Assembly: GCA_008632985.1 (NCBI GenBank)
Contig: QPGO01000006.1
Span: 310,001 to 374,000 of the forward strand
From: Psammoneis japonica
Lineage: Eukaryota
Direction: 5' to 3'
DNA length: 64,000 bases
Of this stretch, positions 57,049 through 64,000 are shown piece by piece (position 1 is the first letter of the stretch; every line of letters starts with the position of its first letter). Position numbers and translations under genes: made by a program. The notes beneath the pieces are model-generated. The model was not told where the DNA came from. It searched no databases and saw only the letters and a list, made by a program, of their open reading frames with translations.

Positions 57049-60000
57049 GGCTACGATGCAGTTTTAAGGACTCCTCCCTTTCACCTCGCTTATGACATTG
57101 CTTTGTTATGGATGGTGCGTGATGTCGCTCCAACTTCGATGGTGGCTGGGTGCGTGTGCGTTTCGCGTGCGTCCGTGAGCTCGCTCGCTTTATCCCGTGT
57201 GCTTGTGCTTGGCTCTGTGCTGGTTTTCATGGCCAACGTTGGAATGTGCAAGAAGTTGAGGTGGTCACCTTGGGAGTGGGGGTCTTCATGAGTGGTGAAG
57301 TCAGGGACATGGTGAAAAATCTTTGGCAGATGTCATCCATCTTGGAGGACACGCCGGCGGTGCTGAACTGTTGGGCCTGACAACGAGTGCACCAGCCAGA
57401 AAATGTCTCACTGAGCCAGCAGCCAATGAGCATGATTGTGAGTGCCAGGACATTGGCCAGGCACATGGCCATTGCCAAGCTGGGTCAGAAAGAGTGAGCT
57501 CTGATGTCAAGGCAGGCTTGCACCCAGCTTTGCCAACATGTTCTGCCATGGTGCAAAGATGCACAAGCACTGTGCCTTGGACTTGAGATCGCAGAGACCT
57601 TGGAGTTTCGGCATGTGGCTGGCACCACCAGGGTGTGACAAGATGTGATGAAAAGTGGCAGCCCAAGTTTTGAAGGGGCACATCAGTGAGCCATGCATGT
57701 GGTGTGCTGGGTTGCAGTCACACCCCGCTTGTTGTTGTTCTTCTCTGAAAGATGGGGCAACAGAAATGCCATCTGCCACACCAGGTGCAGCCCAGTGCCA
57801 TCATGTGTGTGTGGCAATTCAGCTCATTGCCCACAAAAGAAGTGCAAACTGGCAAGGGCAAGAAGTTTCATGTGGCATTTCTTGCCAGACACTTTGGAGC
57901 ATTTGTGAGAGGACACATCAAAGAAAAAGGCTCTCGAGCAAAAGCTTGCCTCTCAAGCCTCACACACAGTGGGTGGGGTGTGATTGCCTTCAGTGTGCAA
58001 CCTTTGAGTTGTCATTGCAGAAACTGGCAAAGCTTGCCTTGCTCATTGTGGGTGGAGGTCAAGGGTGGTGGTGAGCTCTGCAGGTCTCAGCTGCAGCATC
58101 GATGGTTGCACGAGCTGTGCCAGCAAGATGCTGGCACTGAGGCTGACTTTGCACCCACACAGCACTGGGTGGCATTGGCTCAATTGGCAGATGCAAAGGC
58201 CTCAAGGATGTGTGCTGTTTGTCACACAGTTTGAGGCCTTTGAGGAAAGGGTCATTGCTGACTTTTTGATCTGACAAGCAAAAAACCAAGTGCAGCCACT
58301 CCAGAAGTGTTCTCTGCACCAGCCTGGACAAAGCCCCTGTGCCCCATGAAAAGGAGATCCCAGACAGAGCAAACACCATGGCAAAGTCTGGCTGAACTGC
58401 CAAAGGCCTTGATGGTGGTTGGAGAGTCAGCACCTGCAGTGCAGCCCCAGCCTGGCACCACTCCCACTGGCGAGCCATCAGTGTGGCAGAGGCAGGAGCT
58501 CAGCAGCAACATGGTGGTGGGCACTGCACCCTGAGCACCATCATGGCCACTCATGGCCAAAATGGTGGTGGCATTCTTGCCCTCTGGGTTGAACAGAGCC
58601 CTCAAATCTGTGCAAAGCTGATGAACAAGTTGAGCGATGTTTCAAATGAATGTTTTGAATTTGTCCCAGCAGGTGCATTAGAATTTCTCAGATTTTGGCA
58701 CCAGACACCACAGATCATTCACCCCTCAGACATGCTGTTGGCATGCCCAACAAAGCACCCAAACTGCAAACGTGCACAAATCATTTTAAGCTCTTGCAAC
58801 AACAGCAGGTGAAAAGTGCGTGGTTGGTTTGAAAACTTCCAATCATTCTGGAGCTGCTCTGGAAATTGCAGAGTGATGGTGTCATGCTGCCATGCCAGTT
58901 TGGTGTCTTTCTTTTGGGCATGACTCACACAATCGTGTTCAGAAAGGCCCTGGGCTGCTGATGGGTGGTGTGGAAAGCACAAAAAAAGAGTGGTTGTTTG
59001 TGGCTGGTGGCATTGATCAGGCTTTGTCGTGCATGCTCTTGGTGGACTGCAGTGTGCACGTGCACACGTGCGTGACACATGCACAGGGAGGCAGCTGCAT
59101 GGACTGACCAATGGACCGCAGCGCCAGATTTTTTGATTTTACGATTGTGCTGCAATGATGACACTCTCTTCTTTGTGTCATGGGTTTTGTTTTCTCACAT
59201 CATGTGCGTCATTGTCTTGCAAATGAGTTGTTGGCGGTGATGTTGCTGTTGTCCAACACATCATGACAGCATGAACGCATGCACTGAATGTTTGTCATGG
59301 AAGTTGAGAAGCCCCCTGATGCTGCTGCTGCAGCCGCCCCTGCTCCAGCAGTGCCTGATGCTGCTCCAGCTCTGGCTGCGGTGCCTGCAGCTGCAGCAGG
59401 TCCCACTCCAAACCCTGTGGCAGCAGCCCCCGCAGCCACAACCCCACCTGCGCATGCACCAGCTCCTTCTGTCAATCTGGTCCAGGTGGCTCCCACTCCT
59501 GCCGTTCCAGCCCCTGGTGCCCCCACCCCGGTTGCACCAGCTCCTGCTGTTGCTGCTCCAGTCTCTCCAATGCCCACCCCCAAGAACCCAACAAGAGCAC
59601 CAGCTCTGCATCTCAACTGTGACCCCATCATGCAGCAACACAAGAAAACAGAGAAGTTCCTCCACATGAGGAGCAAACCTGTTCACTCCTTTGGCTGAAG
59701 GGCGTGCATTTCCATTCTTGTGATTCCATTTGGACCATCAACAATGAGGATTTTTTTGCAAGCAATTTCACTTTTTGGATGCCATCCAATGTCAAGGACG
59801 TCTTGGAAATGTGGATCCAGTGGCCAACTTTGCAGATGGGTTTCCAGCTGTGCAAAGGATCATCTGCTCTGGTGACAGCAGGACAACCATGTAAATTTTC
59901 AGAGGGATGTCTTTGGCCAAATGCACCCAGAACTGGCACATTTAGTCTCTCACATGCCCACTGCTTGTGCCACATGCACAGGGTGTTGGCAGAAGCCGCC

Positions 60001-61595
60001 ACCATGGGAGTTGGGATGAGCACACCATTGCAGCAAGCAGAGCTGGTGAGAGGGACAAAACAATGTGGCCAAGAGAAGAGAAGTGGTCTTTGGCACAGTC
60101 CATGCAACCTTTTGCTGTTGTCTCAACAGGGCAATTTTTTTTACAACCTCCCCCACATGATGGTCATTCCCTGCATTTGTCTTCAATTTGTTCTCAATTG
60201 GACACCCCCAGGCAAGCGCATGATTGCATGTTTGTCACAGGTGGTCCCGCCGTTGACGGTGAAGGTGATGCCAAACCAATCAATTCCTGCAGCACTTTGC
60301 CAGGGAGGATCCATCTGCATCACAACAAACAAGAAGCTGCTGATGCAACAAACTTGCTTGCCATGTTTGTTCGTGCTGCAACATGTTGCACTGGGAATGA
60401 ACAAAGTCTCTCTCTGTCTTTTTGATCATGTCACAAATCAGGCTGAAAGTTCCAGGTTTTGAAATCTTTTTGCAAACCCCATCTGCATGGAATTCTGGTT
60501 CCATTGATGAGGACGGGCATCAACTTTCAAAATCAATGACTTGCAAAGCTTGGCTTTCCAATTTAAGACACAGACACAACCACATGCCAGACCCACTTTT
60601 GTTGGTCATCAAGGCCATGGTTTCCTTTTTTGCTGGCCAGAATTGCAAGCTCATGCCACGTGTGTGTTGTCCTTCACACTTTGATGACACCAGTGAAGAA
60701 AACAAGGACAGGGACTCAGTTTCTCTGGAGTCAGAAGAGGAGGGCTTGGGGATTGATCATGTCAGCCATTCTCCTGTTTTGATTTGTTTCATGGAGGCCA
60801 AAGCTGGTGTAGCTTGAAGGCAGGCATTGCACGCCTGAGTGAGACTTCCTGCATTCTAACTCTTGGAAGAGTCCTGAAAGTGAAACTCTGCCAGTTAGAA
60901 GACACATGGCTCTGTTGGCCAGCCATCTCCATTGTTCATTGTTCCAGGAAATTTTTGCATTCTGGTGAGTCAGGAAGTGGCTGCATTGTGTTTCAGATGG
61001 TGGCCAATGACACTTCCACTCTGCTCATCTCTGCCGGCACTCTGCTGTGGTTGCCGCAGCTCTCTGGCTGCTGGCTGCTGCTCTGGCTAGAGCATGAACA
61101 GAGAGTGGAGAGCAGAGAGAGATTTTTCTCTGTCACACACAGCACTTCTGATTGACCAATGGATGGACGGGACCAGCACCAGATTGTTGATGTCATGATG
61201 ATGTAAGACAGACATGGGCACATTGTTTCGACAGAAAATGGAAATCTTTGCGGCGCCAACCAACATTCAACAGTGTCGTTCAACACACGATGCATGCACG
61301 CACCGGCAAATGCCAACACCTTCAATGAAGGACTGCTGAGAAACATGAATGAGCAAGAGCATGTGCAAAAGCCATGATGATCTTTTGTTTTGCACTCCTT
61401 CTTGCAGTTGCTGTCAGCAGCTCTGTTGAGGTGTTCAGTCCTGTGCAACCCAATGTGGTCCGCAGAACAAAAAGCATCAACAAGCTTTGGTCTGACCGAG
61501 GCGGAAGTTCCCACAGAAGCCATGTTTGCAAGGGGCAACTGTGTGTTTTGGCTTTTTGGTGCTTTGGGGGGTGCTGGAATTGCCTGAAGTGCACT

Positions 61596-61637
61596 GCCCG
61601 CCCAGTTCCAACGTCACCTTGAGTTTCAGAGTCTCAA
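61596..61637 (+). repeat. 42-bp direct repeat, copy 1
   Basis: GCCCGCCCAGTTCCAACGTCACCTTGAGTTTCAGAGTCTCAA, identical to 63959-64000. Confidence 0.95.
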
Positions 61638-61689
61638 AGAAGAGGGGCCCACCAAGGGGGGCAAAAAACTCGGCTCACCAACGGCCTTT

Positions 61690-62154
61690 TTGGGTCATCC
61701 CCAAGATGTCTGCATTGCCAATGTGGAGCAAATTGTCAACAATAAATTGACAGTCAAGCAAATGGTTGACAAGTTCTCCATGGAAGGCATTCACCTGGCT
61801 TTCAAAGGACATCTCAACTTGATGGCGTTTCAGCAAGCAAACAAGGATGATGCGATTTTTTACAGTTTTGCTCAAACTGCCAACAATGTTGGCCCAACAG
61901 TTGCTCAAGAGAAGATCAATGTCCTCAAGACTGGGAACTTGGGAGTTTTGAAATCTGACTTGATTTTTTGCAAGGCAAAACAGTTCTTGGCTTTGTTTTT
62001 GCTTTTGTTCTTGTTGGGTGTTGCGGACATCATTGCGTTTTCCGACGTCTACAAAGGATGGTTTCCTGACTGGCCTGGTGGATTGAATTTCCCCATTGGC
62101 ATGTTTGCGGAACCCAATGGCAGCCCATTCAGTGTTCCTGACTGCTGGATCTAA
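61690..62154 (+). pseudogene. 5'-truncated, mutated fragment of a host-like membrane protein gene
   Basis: Protein-like frame with no ATG start, a TM helix, and the C-terminus YKGWFPDWPGGLNFP...PDCWI-stop. Resembles an uncharacterised algal protein tail (recollection, not searched). Confidence 0.55.
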
Positions 62155-62211
62155 TGATCACAGAACAAATGTCATTTCGCCAAATGCAAAGTCCCAACCT
62201 GTCGATGACAC

Positions 62212-63003
62212 TTGATTCATCCACGGGGGGCAGCACTGACAAAGAAGCAGCACATGGACGATGCCGACCGCAAGCAGGCCAAAGTCGAACCCGGCTGCTG
62301 CTCACTGGATGATGACTCTGTTGTCATTGCTCTTGAAAAAACACCTGACTTTTCTCTGACGTCCACGCTTGGCCTTGAGCATGTTGCCGACCCAGCGAAA
62401 ATCGGTCGCTCTGTTGCTGTCCCTGCTAACGGCAACTGTGGGTGCCACGCTGTGCTGAAGGGACTGGAGGAGGCTAGCTCAATCAAAAAAGGCACTTGCA
62501 ACAAGGACATGACTGGTTTCCGAAAACACATGCATGGTTTTGCTGCACAGAACTTTGAGGGCTTGTGCGGTTGGCCCTTGGATGATGGTGCAGGTGAGGA
62601 CAGAGGTCTCTTGGCGGCTGCGTGCGATGGGAAAGTCATCGGGGAATTTGTTGTCGACAAGAGGAATGAGCACAATGCTGGTGCAAGCCGGAAAGATCGA
62701 TTTCTAAAACTGCTTGCTTGCATCTGGAAGACTGGGATTGACTTCAATTCTGGTTGTGGCAAAGGTTGTTGGTGTGATGCGAGTGCATGCAGCACCATTG
62801 TCGCTCTCAAGTGTGAGCAATTGATTGTCTGCCATGGAATGGGAAGCAACAAAAACACGTCCATGTGCCATCATTCCAATGGAAAAGTGCAGCTGTTGTT
62901 TGTAAGAGACACTTGGCTCTCTCCTCCGGCCAATTCCATCACCACAACCCACGACGGCGGCGGCCATTTTGAACACTTAAGTCCAGCAAGTGCAAAAGGA
63001 AAG
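62212..63003 (+). pseudogene. OTU-like cysteine protease remnant (TE-associated type)
   Basis: VPANGNCGCHAV matches the OTU Cys box (V.gDGNC.yhA). W-x-D helix region and HDGGGHFEHL His box. No Tyr in about 265 aa. Confidence 0.65.
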
Positions 63004-63958
63004 GCATGTTGTTGTGTGCTTGGCCAGAGTCATTTTCATTTTAAAAAAAGCAACCTCACAATTTACTCCCATTGTGCTTGCTTGCATCATTGGGACATTC
63101 TCGACTCCGGCCGTGAAGGATGTGGTTCCTGCCATTGCCACCAAAGCGAGCACCGAAGCTGACAACAATGAAAAGGCAGCGGTAAGTTTTGAGGTGTGCC
63201 ACAGTTCGTCATGCAGTGCAAGGCAATCCAACCATGTCATGTGCGAAATGAGTGCAGATTCAGCAGCAAGACTCGTTCCATTGCCGCAACAACTGAGCCA
63301 GCCTGCCGTCTCGGACTTGGGACTCACTCAGCATTCCATCCAAGCACCTTTTGGGACATTCGGCATTCCGTGGGAATGGAAGGCGGTCAAGGTTTCATTT
63401 CTGGTGGCCCGTCTGTCCGCCTGTCGGTTTTCGTGTCTCAAAGCCACAGAAAAATTGAAAATTTGGGTCGCGCGCATCACTCATCACAAACCGCACATGC
63501 CAATGGCGTCACTTTGGAGTCCTCATTTCGCGTCAACCACAGATTGAACCATGGGTGCACCATCTCCTGCTTCCACATTGTGGAGGACGAACAAGTTGCC
63601 GATTGATTTGGCCATTGGAGCCATTCGAAACATTGCCTCAAAGCTTCATCACCAGAAGACCACACTTCAAACTGATGCCGATGGCAGTGCCGGCAGCGAC
63701 ATCATGAGTGTCGACATTGTGCCCCCTCGACAGCAATTAAAAGTGGCTCTGGACGCCAATCTCATTGGCAACAGGCATCTTGGAGATCGCTCTCCATTTG
63801 ATCCCGATCAAGCCGTCATGCACATCGCCGAGGCGTTGTCCAGCATTCACGTTGATGTGGCAATTTTCGCCAATCATCCAACGGAACGCCATCCGTCAAA
63901 ACAAGCAACTTGCAAGTGAAGGGCTGACGCAGCAAAGGCTGGTGTACAACTGACAATG

Positions 63959-64000
63959 GCCCGCCCAGTTCCAACGTCACCTTGAGTTTCAGAGTCTCAA
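63959..64000 (+). repeat. 42-bp direct repeat, copy 2 (truncated by the window end)
   Basis: Identical to 61596-61637. Confidence 0.95.

Larger units (their letters stand above)
57195..64000. mobile_element. TA-depleted island F: mosaic of decayed TE-like and captured-gene fragments
   Basis: No TA seen from about 57195 to 58675 and sparse TA afterwards. Contains a Pro/Ala-rich ORF, a host-like gene fragment, an OTU remnant and a 42-bp direct repeat. Confidence 0.65.

Noticed and set aside
58252..58605. CHTDGS..GWG read as a reverted RNase H motif (YTDGS)
   Set aside because: The downstream catalytic motifs are not recognisable and no RT is visible; too weak.
1..64000. CRISPR array, rRNA, or prokaryotic origin of the window
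   Set aside because: No regularly spaced repeats or rRNA-like sequence were seen. Spliceosomal introns and eukaryotic domain content argue against a prokaryote, despite a few bacterial-type genes.

Overview
Eukaryotic nuclear DNA, most likely from a diatom. The evidence is short GT-AG introns, two silicanin-like RXL proteins, a signal-peptide SET protein, and a probable bipartite plastid presequence. About 24 genes are visible: SDR, PIN-PhoH, alpha/beta lipase, two GT47+GT31 fusions, S28 peptidase, kinase, zf-MYND protein, sulfotransferase, PH-domain protein, Mpv17/PMP22, GT32, DUF2252, organellar L19, a DEG/ENaC-like two-TM protein and others. Many carry single-base frameshifts, which I read as uncorrected long-read consensus errors. 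One clean 920-bp MITE is present (53-bp TIRs, TGA target duplication). The most striking signal is six sharply bounded islands (about 1-2000, 15305-17085, 18980-20470, 50420-51340, 53050-54990, 57195-64000). In them the dinucleotide TA is largely or almost completely erased, CG often is too, and TG/CA is enriched. Protein remnants inside show Tyr->Cys/His changes at motif positions, pointing to targeted TpA->TpG/CpA (A->G) hypermutation of repeated DNA, the opposite direction to fungal RIP. In contrast, TA-saturated CTAG/TAG tracts recur between genes. All counts were made by eye and all family calls come from motif recognition; no searches were run.
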